From contig JBBSXO010000003.1 of assembly GCA_038045705.1 (NCBI GenBank), forward strand, positions 96,001 to 160,000: DNA of 64,000 nucleotides, given 5' to 3'. This document shows positions 1-10,542 of this stretch, piece after piece. The DNA comes from Nanobdellota archaeon (GTDB lineage: Archaea > Nanobdellota > Nanobdellia > Pacearchaeales > GW2011-AR1). The stretch's first letter is position 1. Every line of letters starts with the position of its first letter. Made by a program: the position numbers and the translations under genes. A model generated the notes under the pieces. That model saw nothing but the letters and a program-made list of their open reading frames with translations. It was not told where the DNA came from and ran no database searches.

Positions 1-1
1 T

Positions 2-97
2 CAAGAAAAAATGATGGATAACATGGTAAGACTATGCTTTGAAGACATGCACAAGCTAAGCCTAAGATTTGGACAAGAAAGGGAGGAAAATTGGTAA
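2..97 (+). CDS. 3' end of an unidentified ORF (truncated by window start)
   Basis: Open frame QEKMMDNMVRLCFEDMHKLSLRFGQEREENW*; its TAA directly abuts the cdc48 ATG. Confidence 0.45.
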   Translation, partial: QEKMMDNMVRLCFEDMHKLSLRFGQEREENW

Positions 98-2509
98 ATG
101 CCTGAACAACCAAAATTAATCAAATTAAAAGTTTTAGAAGCATTACAGGACGATGCCTATAAAGGAATTGCTAGAATAGACACTGAAGTAATGCGTGCTC
201 TTGGTTTAAACAGAGGAGACATAGTTTCAATTCAAGGTGAAAGAGAAACAGTTGCAATAATAGACCGTTCATATCCTGCAGATATAGGAGAAGGAATAAT
301 AAGAATAGACGGTCTAACAAGAAAAAACGCTAAAACGGGAATAGGTGAAAAAGTTTCTATAAAAAAAGCTAACATAAAGGTAGCTAAAAAAGTAACTATA
401 GCTCCTGCACAACAAGGTATAATGGTTCAAGGAGATCCAGAAGCATTCAAGTCAGGGCTTTTAGGAAGAGCAGTTGAAAAAGGAGATTTAGTTTCATTAG
501 GTGGGACTCAAAGAAGAAGAGATTTAATGCAAGATATGCAAGAAGCATTTGAAGATTTAAATGATTTATTTAACAGAGGTTTAGGTGGGATGGGTTTCCA
601 AAATATAAGATTTAAAATAGTGTCCACTAATCCAGCTCAAGCAGTAATAATAACTGAAGAAACAGAACTAGCAATACATCCAAAAGCAACAAATGTAGAA
701 GAAGAAACAATACCTGAAGTAAACTACGAAGACATTGGAGGCTTAAGTGAAGAAATAAGAAAAATAAGAGAGATGGTAGAACTCCCGCTAAAACATCCAG
801 AAGTATTTGATAGATTAGGGATAGAACCTCCAAAAGGAATTCTATTATATGGACCTCCTGGAACAGGTAAGACTCTTTTAGCAAAAGCAGTTGCAACCGA
901 GTCAGAAGCTAATTTTATTTTACTTAATGGTCCTGAAATCATGTCAAAGTTTTATGGAGAGTCAGAAAAGAAAATAAGAGATTTATTTGAAGAAGCGGAA
1001 AAGAATGCACCATCCATAATTTTCGTTGATGAAATAGATGCAATAGCTCCTAAAAGAGAAGAAACTCAAGGAGAGGTAGAACGCAGAGTTGTTTCACAAT
1101 TATTAACTATGATGGATGGTCTAAATTCAAGAGGCAAAGTAATAGTAATAGGTGCAACAAATAGAATTAACTCAATAGATCCTGCATTGAGACGTCCAGG
1201 AAGGTTTGACAGAGAATTAGAAATTTCAGTACCTGATAAAAAAGGTAGATTAAACATTCTAAAAATTCACACAAGAGCAATGCCTATGAAAAAAGATGTT
1301 AATTTAGAAGAACTAGCAGCAAAAACTCATGGATTTGTAGGCGCAGATTTGGAATCTTTGGCAAAAGAAGCTGCAATGTCAGTATTAAGAAAGGCTTTAC
1401 CAGATTTAAATTTAGATGAAGATAAAGAAATTCCTCAAGAAGCTCTTGAGAAAATGATTATAGGAAAAGAAGACTTTGAAGCAGCCCTGAAAGTCGTTCG
1501 TCCTAGTGCTATGAGAGAAGTTTTAGTAGAAACTCCAAATGTAAAATGGGATGATATAGGTGGATTAAATAATATAAAACAAGAATTGCGAGAAGCAGTT
1601 GAATGGCCACTAAAACATAGAGAAAGTTTTGAAAGACTCGGAATTAGTCCTCCAAGAGGAATTCTATTATATGGACCTCCTGGAACAGGTAAGACTCTTT
1701 TAGCAAAAGCAGTTGCAAAAGAATCAGAAGCAAACTTCATCAATATCAAAGGTCCAAGTCTTTTAAGCATGTGGGTCGGTAAATCGGAAGAAGGAGTAAG
1801 AAAAGTATTTGAAAGAGCCAGACAAGTTTCTCCATGCGTAATTTTCTTTGATGAAATAGATGCATTAGCAGGAAAAAGAGGAATGGAAATGGGTTCAAAA
1901 GTAACTGAAAGAGTTCTAAATCAAATGCTTGCAGAAATGGATGGTATTGAAGATTTGAAGAATGTTGTAGTGATTGGAGCAACCAATCGTCCAGATATGT
2001 TAGATGCAGCGCTAATGAGACCAGGTAGATTCGATAGAATCCTTCTAGTAGATATTCCAGATCAAAAAAGCCGTGAAAAAATATTAGATATTCATACACA
2101 AAAGATGCCTATAGTTCCTACAAAAGAAGAAATAAAAGAAATAGAAAAATATTTCGGAAAAGAAGCAAGCTTCAATCACATATCAAACCCTCAAGATAAC
2201 AAAAAAGATGAAATTGTAAATATACAAGACTTATCAGATAGAGATAAATTAATCCATTACTTAGTCAAAAAAACAGAAGGATTTGTTGGAGCAGACATTG
2301 AAAGTTTCGTAAGAGAAGCAGCAATAATAGCACTAAGGAAGAATATTCAAACAAAAATAGTAACAGTTACAGATTTTGATGAAGCTCTTGCAAAAGTAAA
2401 ACCTTCTGTATCTGAAGACACAGCAAAACGTTATAAAAAAATAGAAGAACATTATTTGAAGAAGGCAAAGATTGGAGGCCTAGACCTCGGGCCATTGTAT
2501 GCTAGTTAA
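98..2509 (+). CDS. cdc48: CDC48/VCP/p97 family AAA+ ATPase
   Basis: N-domain plus two AAA modules: GPPGTGKT x2, IIFVDEID and IFFDEID, arginine fingers RRPGRFD/MRPGRFD. Confidence 0.98.
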   Translation: MPEQPKLIKLKVLEALQDDAYKGIARIDTEVMRALGLNRGDIVSIQGERETVAIIDRSYPADIGEGIIRIDGLTRKNAKTGIGEKVSIKKANIKVAKKVTIAPAQQGIMVQGDPEAFKSGLLGRAVEKGDLVSLGGTQRRRDLMQDMQEAFEDLNDLFNRGLGGMGFQNIRFKIVSTNPAQAVIITEETELAIHPKATNVEEETIPEVNYEDIGGLSEEIRKIREMVELPLKHPEVFDRLGIEPPKGILLYGPPGTGKTLLAKAVATESEANFILLNGPEIMSKFYGESEKKIRDLFEEAEKNAPSIIFVDEIDAIAPKREETQGEVERRVVSQLLTMMDGLNSRGKVIVIGATNRINSIDPALRRPGRFDRELEISVPDKKGRLNILKIHTRAMPMKKDVNLEELAAKTHGFVGADLESLAKEAAMSVLRKALPDLNLDEDKEIPQEALEKMIIGKEDFEAALKVVRPSAMREVLVETPNVKWDDIGGLNNIKQELREAVEWPLKHRESFERLGISPPRGILLYGPPGTGKTLLAKAVAKESEANFINIKGPSLLSMWVGKSEEGVRKVFERARQVSPCVIFFDEIDALAGKRGMEMGSKVTERVLNQMLAEMDGIEDLKNVVVIGATNRPDMLDAALMRPGRFDRILLVDIPDQKSREKILDIHTQKMPIVPTKEEIKEIEKYFGKEASFNHISNPQDNKKDEIVNIQDLSDRDKLIHYLVKKTEGFVGADIESFVREAAIIALRKNIQTKIVTVTDFDEALAKVKPSVSEDTAKRYKKIEEHYLKKAKIGGLDLGPLYAS
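835..896 (+). repeat. 62-bp exact direct repeat, copy 1 (cdc48 D1 Walker A)
   Basis: aggaattctattatatggacctcctggaacaggtaagactcttttagcaaaagcagttgcaa; identical to 1657-1718. Confidence 0.95.
1657..1718 (+). repeat. 62-bp exact direct repeat, copy 2 (cdc48 D2 Walker A)
   Basis: Identical to 835-896. Confidence 0.95.
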
Positions 2510-2558
2510 GAATGCAAATCTTTATATAAAATATAAATTAAGTAATATTATAGTTAAT

Positions 2559-2798
2559 ATGGCTCAAAGAACAAGATATTCATGTAGATGGGCACTAGCA
2601 CCTTTTCAACCGTTAGGATTAGATGAATGGAGAAATTCCCCTCCATCACAAAACCCAAGAGTTGAAAATGAACCAGAACGAAATGAAAGAGTACTACCTG
2701 TAGAAAAAATTAGATACGAAACAAGATTAATGACTTTTAAAGAACTTTTAATGATCCCATTTAGTGATACTTATGTTGATCCTAAGTATAGAAAATAA
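2559..2798 (+). CDS. Small hypothetical protein (79 aa)
   Basis: ATG at 2559 downstream of TATA-like tttatataa; fills the gap up to the convergent map stop. Confidence 0.55.
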   Translation: MAQRTRYSCRWALAPFQPLGLDEWRNSPPSQNPRVENEPERNERVLPVEKIRYETRLMTFKELLMIPFSDTYVDPKYRK

Positions 2799-2799
2799 T

Positions 2800-3693
2800 T
2801 TATTCCCTCGTAGTCACAAACTTCTCACCACTATCCAAAAGAAGAACTGTATGTTCAGCTTGTGCAACTTTTCCACCTGAAACTTCTACAAGTTGAGGAT
2901 ATTGATACAACACTCCTGCTTGTTCTAATTGTCTTAAAGCAAGCATACCACGGGTACCAAACTTTTTATGAACCCATCTAGAAGCAAATGGCAATGTTTT
3001 GTATTCATCTGCAATCCAATTCAAGACTTCACGAGCAAATCTGTCTCTAACAGGAACATCTGCATCTATTCTAAATATTCCTGACTTCCCACCATCACGA
3101 ACCCTACCATGCCCATTAGTAGCAAATGGTTCTGTAGCATAAAGTCCTTCCTCAAGTTCATCTGTCTGGCCAGAATCATAATTAGGGACAGTCCAACCAG
3201 CATGAACCACAAATCTTTCAATACTATGTCCAGACAAGTTTGCAATTGAAGTAAATCCAAACTTAGAAATTGCTTCACTAATTTTGCCACCAATTTCAGT
3301 TAACTTCCTACCAACAGCAAATTCTGAAACAGAAGTATTAACAGCACTCTCTGCAGCCTCAATTAGTTTTTTATTAATTTCAGAATTATCAAGGTCAACA
3401 CTAAAAGCTGTATCTGCAATATAGCCATCAACAGAAATTCCAATATCAACCTTCAAAAGACCGTGAGCAACAAAATCATCTCCAACAGAAGGAGTATAAT
3501 GAGCAGCAATTTCATTTATACTCAAATTAACAGGAAAAGCAGGTTTTGCACCAATAATATGAATCTTATCATCGATAAGAGTGGCTATCTCAAATAAACT
3601 CTTTCCCTTAACAACTATCTCTCTAGCATATCTTCTCAATTCTTGAGCAATTTTACCTGCCTTCAAGATTTTATCAATAACAGTTTTATCCAT
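2800..3693 (-). CDS. map: Type II methionine aminopeptidase
   Basis: AFPVNLSINEIAAHYTP, DIGISVDGYIADTA, NLSGHSI, EPFAT, QAEHTV motifs. Confidence 0.97.
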   Translation of the reverse strand: MDKTVIDKILKAGKIAQELRRYAREIVVKGKSLFEIATLIDDKIHIIGAKPAFPVNLSINEIAAHYTPSVGDDFVAHGLLKVDIGISVDGYIADTAFSVDLDNSEINKKLIEAAESAVNTSVSEFAVGRKLTEIGGKISEAISKFGFTSIANLSGHSIERFVVHAGWTVPNYDSGQTDELEEGLYATEPFATNGHGRVRDGGKSGIFRIDADVPVRDRFAREVLNWIADEYKTLPFASRWVHKKFGTRGMLALRQLEQAGVLYQYPQLVEVSGGKVAQAEHTVLLLDSGEKFVTTRE

Positions 3694-3759
3694 AATTCAA
3701 ATTAAAAATCGTCCTTTATAGAATTAACTCTTGCCAAGCCTTGCAAGTTAAAATAATAT

Positions 3760-4218
3760 TTAACTCCCTCTTCTAATTCTTCTTTCTTTTGGAACAAAAT
3801 TAATTAAATGTTTCCCATTCGAAATAGCACATCCAAAGGCATCATCTTCATGTTTAATAACATAAATTCCTCTTTCAACAGAAACATCTAAATTATGTCC
3901 AGTCATCCATTTTTCAAGTTGCTTTTCATCAATAGAAACAAAACCTTTAACAATTTGATCTTTCAAAAGCAAAGCACCATCAAAACCAAGACGCAAATAT
4001 CCAAGTTCATGTTTGAATAAATACAAACCAAGAAATTCAATATTAGTTAGTCTATCAAGCGTATACAATTCATCAATTGTTAAATCTCCAGAAAAACCTC
4101 TTATTTTTTCCCTACCAGTTTCAAAAAGAATTTTAGGAATTTCAGTAACTCCAAATTTTTCATTAAGCTTCACTAATAATTCTTTTCTTTGTTTGGTATT
4201 GTAAAATTCAACTTTCAT
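3760..4218 (-). CDS. NIP7/RsmF C-terminal PUA-like RNA-binding protein
   Basis: GLYLF..LRLGFDG, W..G..L and C-terminal NFVPKERR pattern; in operon with the m5C methyltransferase. Confidence 0.7.
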   Translation of the reverse strand: MKVEFYNTKQRKELLVKLNEKFGVTEIPKILFETGREKIRGFSGDLTIDELYTLDRLTNIEFLGLYLFKHELGYLRLGFDGALLLKDQIVKGFVSIDEKQLEKWMTGHNLDVSVERGIYVIKHEDDAFGCAISNGKHLINFVPKERRIRRGS

Positions 4219-4646
4219 TTTTCACCTTTAAACCTAAAGTATTTATTAACAATATCTTTATGCGTAAAAGCTAAATCCATTTTTGCAATCTCTTTTCGTG
4301 AAAACCATCCATGCTCTGTAACTTCCCAATTTGTTTTTATTTTACCTATTGCTTTAACTTCAAAAACAAAAACATTTGCATGCAAATTCAATCTCTCAAC
4401 AATTTCCTCATGAACAAAAAACAATTTAGTTTTCTCAGATTTTAGTCCAACTTCCTCCATTACCTCGCGTTTGACTGCATTTTCTGCTCTTTCCCATTTA
4501 TTAATACCTCCTCCAGGCAAACACCATTTACCACCCTCGGCAAGTAAACCAGACCTTTTAGTCAGAAGTATCTTATTATTCTTAATAATAATTGCAGCAA
4601 CAGCAGATTGAATTCCAAGTAAATGGATTATGAATCTTTTGATCAT
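4215..4646 (-). CDS. NUDIX hydrolase
   Basis: Nudix box PGGGINKWERAENAVKREVMEEVG. Confidence 0.92.
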   Translation of the reverse strand: MIKRFIIHLLGIQSAVAAIIIKNNKILLTKRSGLLAEGGKWCLPGGGINKWERAENAVKREVMEEVGLKSEKTKLFFVHEEIVERLNLHANVFVFEVKAIGKIKTNWEVTEHGWFSRKEIAKMDLAFTHKDIVNKYFRFKGEK

Positions 4647-5605
4647 TTCACTTCCTCTAACAACTTAATCTTTGAAACAAAGAAACCTTCACTATTATTA
4701 TCTTGCGGATAAATTCTGCAAGTCTTCTGCATCTCAGAACTATACTCTTGCCCTTCCCAAGAAACTACTCCAGATCTACATTTCAAAGGTAAATTAACAG
4801 TTTCAATTGAAACTGGAAAATTATTCAAAGCAAAATCCACAACTGATTCATTTTCTTCAGGAGAATGTGTACAAGTAGAATATACTAAAGTTCCTCCGAC
4901 TTTCAAACATTTAATTGCATTTGCAATCAACTTCTTCTGCTCCCTAGAAAGTTTGTCTACTACTTTTATATTCCACATTAAAAACGCTTTAGCAGAACTT
5001 CGTAAAGTTCCTTCTCCAGAACAAGGAGCATCAAGCAATATTTTATCAAATTTAAAACCTTCTTTACCAAGCCTAGAGCATAATCCAACTCCATCATTTC
5101 TAACAATAACTGAATTCATAACTCCACAACGTTCTAAATTAGCAGCAAGTATTCTAAGTCTATCAAGCTTAACATCATTTGCAACTAAAGTCCCTGTATT
5201 TTCCATCTTTGCAGCAATTTGAGTAGTCTTGCTTCCTGGAGAAGCACAAACATCTAAAACTCTCTCTCCAGGTTTAACATCTAAAGCAATTACACTCATC
5301 ATACTACAAACCTCTTGAATATAATAATATCCTAGTAAATGTTCTATCGCATTTCCAAGCTCTCCAGGTTTAAGTTCTTGATCAACAAGCATTATTTCAG
5401 GATATTTAGAGAACGGTCTAACAATTTTCCATCTTTTAGACAGTCTATCAAATAATTCATCGCAATTTATCTTCAAAGTGTTACATCTAATATAATTTAG
5501 AGGCTTCTCATGTATAATATTATTATATTTAGCAAAGTCTTCTGCATCAGTAAGCAGTTTTTTCATTCGCTCTTCAAAAAGAGCTTTCATTTCAGGTTTA
5601 GCCAT
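4643..5605 (-). CDS. NOL1/NOP2/Sun (RsmB/RsmF) family RNA m5C methyltransferase
   Basis: VLDVCASPGSKT, DKILLDAPCSGEG, YSTCT motifs. Confidence 0.96.
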   Translation of the reverse strand: MAKPEMKALFEERMKKLLTDAEDFAKYNNIIHEKPLNYIRCNTLKINCDELFDRLSKRWKIVRPFSKYPEIMLVDQELKPGELGNAIEHLLGYYYIQEVCSMMSVIALDVKPGERVLDVCASPGSKTTQIAAKMENTGTLVANDVKLDRLRILAANLERCGVMNSVIVRNDGVGLCSRLGKEGFKFDKILLDAPCSGEGTLRSSAKAFLMWNIKVVDKLSREQKKLIANAIKCLKVGGTLVYSTCTHSPEENESVVDFALNNFPVSIETVNLPLKCRSGVVSWEGQEYSSEMQKTCRIYPQDNNSEGFFVSKIKLLEEVK

Positions 5606-5636
5606 AATAAGTCAAGGAAAAAGAGAGTTTTAAAGT

Positions 5637-6029
5637 CTATTCAATACCCATAGACCTATTAACAATATCAAAACCATCTCTATCTAAAGGATGAAGAGTA
5701 TTACCGATTAAATTTCCTTGAACACGAGGATTAGTCATTAAAGGAATACTAGAATCAACTTCAATTTTAACAGATCCCTTAATAGTTTTATAGATCTCAT
5801 CAGCGAACTTTCTGCTCATTGGAGTAGCAACTCTAAGGACATCAACAATTGTACCTTGAATTGATTTAGCAACACCACCATAAATTCTATCTATATGATA
5901 AAGAATAACAATAGGGGGACTTTGGGATGGAATTGCTTTAGAACCATATAAAGAAAGGTAGAGTCTCTCCATGCCTTGAGCATAACTTCTAACTATTTCG
6001 TCCATGCTTATCAATGGTTGAGGAGACAC
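5637..6029 (-). CDS. Hypothetical protein
   Basis: 130-aa ORF, GTG start, no recognised motif. Confidence 0.6.
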   Translation of the reverse strand: MSPQPLISMDEIVRSYAQGMERLYLSLYGSKAIPSQSPPIVILYHIDRIYGGVAKSIQGTIVDVLRVATPMSRKFADEIYKTIKGSVKIEVDSSIPLMTNPRVQGNLIGNTLHPLDRDGFDIVNRSMGIE

Positions 6030-6118
6030 AACATAAATAGTATGGCTAGTATATATCTTTATCTAATTAAAGTAGAAAATCCTTTATTTCACTAACTTAC
6101 AAATATACATCTCAAATT

Positions 6119-6364
6119 TTATTCATTCAATGGGTTGTAACAACCTTCCCATCCTCTCTTCTCAAGTACAGCAGAATCAATACTACAAGAACAGCTACTA
6201 GGTCCCTCCCAACGCTCACCAGTTATAGAATTGCACATTAATCTAATATCATCTGTACAAACTTGGTTTAAACAAACCTGAAAATCACTTCTATAAAAAA
6301 ATAAAAAATATCCAGCAATTAAAATGAATATAACTACAATAGAGATAATGAGTTTTCTGTTCAT
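6119..6364 (-). CDS. Small membrane-anchored Cys-rich protein
   Basis: N-terminal hydrophobic helix followed by 6 Cys. Confidence 0.7.
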   Translation of the reverse strand: MNRKLIISIVVIFILIAGYFLFFYRSDFQVCLNQVCTDDIRLMCNSITGERWEGPSSCSCSIDSAVLEKRGWEGCYNPLNE

Positions 6365-6448
6365 CTAAATATAATAAGTTATATTCTTTAAAAATGTTAT
6401 CAAAATCAGCAGCCCTGTGTTATCCGATTAATATTTCCTTTCGATAGA

Positions 6449-6781
6449 TTAAATGATTCCTTCATTTTCAATAATATGCTTTCGTTCTTTTAAATTTAAA
6501 TTATTCAAAACACAATCATCTAATCTTGGATGAAAAAGACCCTTATCTTTAAAGTCAATAATATTATCTACATTTAATATTATCTAATTACATCTTTTAG
6601 CAAGCAAATATATAAGTTCATTTTTAGGTGGTTGTTGTATTTTAATCACTCTTACCAAACTCTTACCATCTAGATAAGCCACATGTTGAGTTAAACCTGC
6701 ATAAGTTTTCCCAAAGATAAAACCTAAATGCTATAGATCAATTAGAGAACTGACTGCCCTGGCAATGCAAATTATCAATAA
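6449..6781 (-). pseudogene. Possible decayed gene of unknown family
   Basis: ~110-codon protein-like frame (HLGFIFGKTYAGLTQHVAYLDGKSLVRV...) broken only by two in-frame TAG (6731-6733, 6584-6586). Confidence 0.4.
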
Positions 6782-6832
6782 TTAAAAAACATTAAAAGGA
6801 AAAGCTATTAAAACAAATAAATATATTCTTAC

Positions 6833-8047
6833 ATGAAAAAAGTAGCTCGGTTCTTAATAATTATAATTATAGTATCTATTTTTATTGCAATAATTTCTTA
6901 CAAGCAAATAACAATAGAATCTTCTAAAGTTCAATCAAGCCCAGAAAACATTATCTCTGAAGAGTCTAAAGAACAACCTATTGAAGAGAAAATATGGAAT
7001 CAAAGAATCGAGTCTGCGTTAGCAACAGAAAACTGCATAACTCCTGAAAATAGAAAATTTGGAGATTTATATTACAATGGCCAATTAATAGATACACATT
7101 TTCATATTGCAAATATTCCAGACAGCACGCCATCAGAACAAGAGCAAGATTATTCAAATGAAGAAATGCCATTATTAGGGGTAAACACGAAAATAACAGA
7201 CATCATATGCACATTAGAAAAAGAGGGAACTAAAAAAGTTTTTGCATTCTTCCCAGTATATAAAGAAGTCTCAGAACCAATGATTGAATTAGTAAAAAGA
7301 ACAATGAAAGAGTATCCCGATAATTTTGTCCCGTTTATTATGGCTCCCGATCATGACGATTCAGTCGATGGTTTTCCAACAGTAGAATCTCAAATATTAC
7401 AGAACATGCTTAATATAGAACAAGATCTTTTCAAAGGCTATGGAGAAATAGGTCTATATGCTCGCGGAGATCATGGAGGTCCTAAAGGATCACCAGAGCT
7501 TCCTCCAGACAGTCAAAGACTTCAAGAAATTTACCCAATAATTAGAGAGAATAATTTAATAATATATTTTCACCTAGGAGAAAATCAAGAAGATAGTTTT
7601 AAAAAAGTATTAGAACAAAATCCAGATATTAACTTTATTTGGCATGGAGATCAGTTAATCCCTTATGAAGATGGAAAACAAAATCTAAAATTAATTGATG
7701 AAATACTAACGAATTATCCAAATGCGTATTATGGTGTAGATGAATTATATGGAGATACTTGGATCCTAAAACCAGAAACAAAAAAAGAAGATTTTATCAA
7801 GCATTTTGATGATTATGAAATTCTTCTAAATGAAGATATTTCTACTTGGAAAGCATTTATAGAAAAACACCCCAACCAAGTCCTATGGGGAACAGATAGA
7901 GGCTGGAGTGCTCCATGGTCTGTTGATGAAGATGTTGGAATAATATTAACTAACTATGCAAGAGCATTCATAGCACGTTTAGATCCAGAAGTCCAAGAAA
8001 AATTTGCATATAAAAATGCAGAAAAACTGATTAATGGTAATATTTAA
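6833..8047 (+). CDS. Membrane-anchored amidohydrolase-family (TIM barrel) metalloenzyme
   Basis: N-terminal TM; IDTHFH, GYGEIG, YFH, IWHG, WGTD motifs; C-terminal YKNAEKL. Confidence 0.85.
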   Translation: MKKVARFLIIIIIVSIFIAIISYKQITIESSKVQSSPENIISEESKEQPIEEKIWNQRIESALATENCITPENRKFGDLYYNGQLIDTHFHIANIPDSTPSEQEQDYSNEEMPLLGVNTKITDIICTLEKEGTKKVFAFFPVYKEVSEPMIELVKRTMKEYPDNFVPFIMAPDHDDSVDGFPTVESQILQNMLNIEQDLFKGYGEIGLYARGDHGGPKGSPELPPDSQRLQEIYPIIRENNLIIYFHLGENQEDSFKKVLEQNPDINFIWHGDQLIPYEDGKQNLKLIDEILTNYPNAYYGVDELYGDTWILKPETKKEDFIKHFDDYEILLNEDISTWKAFIEKHPNQVLWGTDRGWSAPWSVDEDVGIILTNYARAFIARLDPEVQEKFAYKNAEKLINGNI

Positions 8048-8151
8048 TTATAATACTATTAAGAAATATTATCCAAAACTAGAAGAACTAGAGAACCCTT
8101 GAATAACCCAAACCCACAAATAGTTATATACCGTTATCTTATGAATTTTAT

Positions 8152-10374
8152 ATGGCAGTTGAAGCATTTCTTACACCATCAGAATCAAAAATAACAATAG
8201 AAAAACCGGTAAAACAAAAACCATCAACAAAAGAATTAACTAAAATAGAGAAACCAGGAAACATCCAAGATAAAGAAGAGCAAATACAAAAAGAAAAAAG
8301 ACCAAGAACAAAAAAACCAAAAGCTTCAGCAAAAATAGAATCTCCTAATAAAGACATAATTCTAATTGTAACAGAAAAACCACAGGCAGCTCTAAAGATC
8401 GCAAGCGCATTATCAAGTTCAGCAAGAAAATACAATGAAAACAACATTCCATATTATGAGTTAGAAAGAGACAATAAGAGAATAATAGTTGCTTCAGCAG
8501 TAGGTCATTTATTCAATCTAACTTACGTTAAAGGACAATCAGGCTGGCCAATATTCAATTTAGAATGGATACCCTCTTACGAAAACAAAACGGCTTCATT
8601 CACAAAAGGATACTACATGCTTCTAAAAAAGTTAGGAAAAAGAGCAAAAGAAGTAATAATTGCTACAGACTATGATGTAGAAGGCGAATTAATTGGTTGG
8701 AATGTCCTCCGTTTCATCATAGGACAAAAAGATGCCAAAAGAATGAAGTATTCTACACTTACAAAACCAGAGTTAGAAAAATCATATGAGAACCCAATGA
8801 AAACATTGGATTGGGGTCAAGCATATGCTGGAGAAACAAGACATAAAATCGATTGGTTGTATGGTATAAATCTTTCAAGAGCCTTAATGTCTGCAATAAA
8901 AAAAGCAGGTTCTTTCAAAATTTTATCAATAGGTAGAGTTCAAGGACCTACTCTAAAAATCATAGTAGATAGAGATAAAGAAATAGAAATTTTCAAATCT
9001 CAACCTTATTGGCAGGTTTTTGCTAAGGTAAAAGATACAAATCTAAAGCACGTAAAAGATATTTTCAAAAAAGAAGAATTAGAAGATTTCAAAAACATAA
9101 AAGATGGATTTGCAGAGACAACTGAAAAAGAGGAAAATTATCCACCCCCTCATCCATTTGATCTAACAACATTACAAAGAGAAGCTTATTCACAACTAAG
9201 AATAAGTCCATCAAGAACACTACAATTAGCTCAGTCTCTCTACCTTGATGGAATAATCTCATACCCAAGAACATCATCTCAAAAAATACCAAAGGAAATA
9301 GAGCCAAAAAAAATAATCTCAAAGTTATCAAAACATTTTCATGAAACCAAATTAGCAATTAGGGATAATCCAATAGAAGGTGAAAAATCAGATCCTGCAC
9401 ACCCTTCCATATACCCTACAGGAGAATTCAAGAAATTAAGTGAAGAAGAAGAAAGATTATACAATCTAATTGTAAAAAGATTTCTAGCTTGTTTTGCGCA
9501 AGATGCAAAAGTAATTTCAAAGAGGATTCAACTAATTTCAGATAATCAGAAGAAGTTCACGAAAAATGGATTAACAATACAAGAAGCAGGATGGACAAAA
9601 GTATATCCTGCATCATTGGAAGAAGAACAAATCAATACCATTAATGGTCAAGTTAATGTGGATAAAATATCTTTTGAAGAAAAAGAAACTCAACCTCCAA
9701 AAAGATATACTCCTGCTTCTTTAATCACATTACTAGAAAAAAAGAATTTAGGGACAAAAGCAACAAGATCTGCAATAGTAGACACTTTGTTTGACAGAGG
9801 TTATCTAGATGGAAAAAGCATTCAAGCAACTCCATTAGGAGTAAAACTAATAGAGTCGTTAGAAAAATATTCTCCAATAATAATAGACGAAAACCTAACT
9901 CGCGATGTTGAAGAAAAAACAGAAGAAATACTAGACTCAAAATCTGGATGGCAAGAAAAAGAAGACAAAACAATAGAGCAAGTAGAAAGGCTAATTACAG
10001 ATATCTCAAAAGAATTCAAAGCACATGAACAATCAATAGGAAATCAAATCTTATCAGGGGTAAAAGAATTAAGAGAACAACAAAAAGAACAAAACACAAT
10101 AATGCCATGCCCTAAATGCAAAATAGGAAACTTGCAGATAAGATTCTCAAAAAAGAGCATGAAATCATTTGTAGGTTGTTCAAACTACCCAAACTGCAAT
10201 GCAGTTTATCCTCTCCCTCAAGGATTAATAAAAAAGACAGATAAAAATTCAGAAAATGGTCTACCAATATTAATTGCATTAAGAAAAGGCAAGCGCCCAT
10301 GGGAATTTGAGTTTAACCCTAATTGGAAACCAGATCCTAACTACAAAAAAGATAAGGAAAAAGAACAATCATAA
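8152..10374 (+). CDS. topA: DNA topoisomerase I (type IA)
   Basis: TOPRIM TEKP, ATDYDVEGE, SIGRVQGPTL, catalytic ISYPRT, C-terminal Zn ribbon. Confidence 0.97.
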   Translation: MAVEAFLTPSESKITIEKPVKQKPSTKELTKIEKPGNIQDKEEQIQKEKRPRTKKPKASAKIESPNKDIILIVTEKPQAALKIASALSSSARKYNENNIPYYELERDNKRIIVASAVGHLFNLTYVKGQSGWPIFNLEWIPSYENKTASFTKGYYMLLKKLGKRAKEVIIATDYDVEGELIGWNVLRFIIGQKDAKRMKYSTLTKPELEKSYENPMKTLDWGQAYAGETRHKIDWLYGINLSRALMSAIKKAGSFKILSIGRVQGPTLKIIVDRDKEIEIFKSQPYWQVFAKVKDTNLKHVKDIFKKEELEDFKNIKDGFAETTEKEENYPPPHPFDLTTLQREAYSQLRISPSRTLQLAQSLYLDGIISYPRTSSQKIPKEIEPKKIISKLSKHFHETKLAIRDNPIEGEKSDPAHPSIYPTGEFKKLSEEEERLYNLIVKRFLACFAQDAKVISKRIQLISDNQKKFTKNGLTIQEAGWTKVYPASLEEEQINTINGQVNVDKISFEEKETQPPKRYTPASLITLLEKKNLGTKATRSAIVDTLFDRGYLDGKSIQATPLGVKLIESLEKYSPIIIDENLTRDVEEKTEEILDSKSGWQEKEDKTIEQVERLITDISKEFKAHEQSIGNQILSGVKELREQQKEQNTIMPCPKCKIGNLQIRFSKKSMKSFVGCSNYPNCNAVYPLPQGLIKKTDKNSENGLPILIALRKGKRPWEFEFNPNWKPDPNYKKDKEKEQS

Positions 10375-10542
10375 ATTCCTACCATTAGGTAGAAAAAAGT
10401 CTAAATAGTAAGTCTTACTCTAGAAAATATTAAAATAATAAAGCCAAATTCATATAGAATAACGAGAAAGACAGTTAATAAAAGTTTATTAGAAAACATC
10501 ATCTGTAGAAAAACTTAAAACACATTAAACAATATAGAGTAA

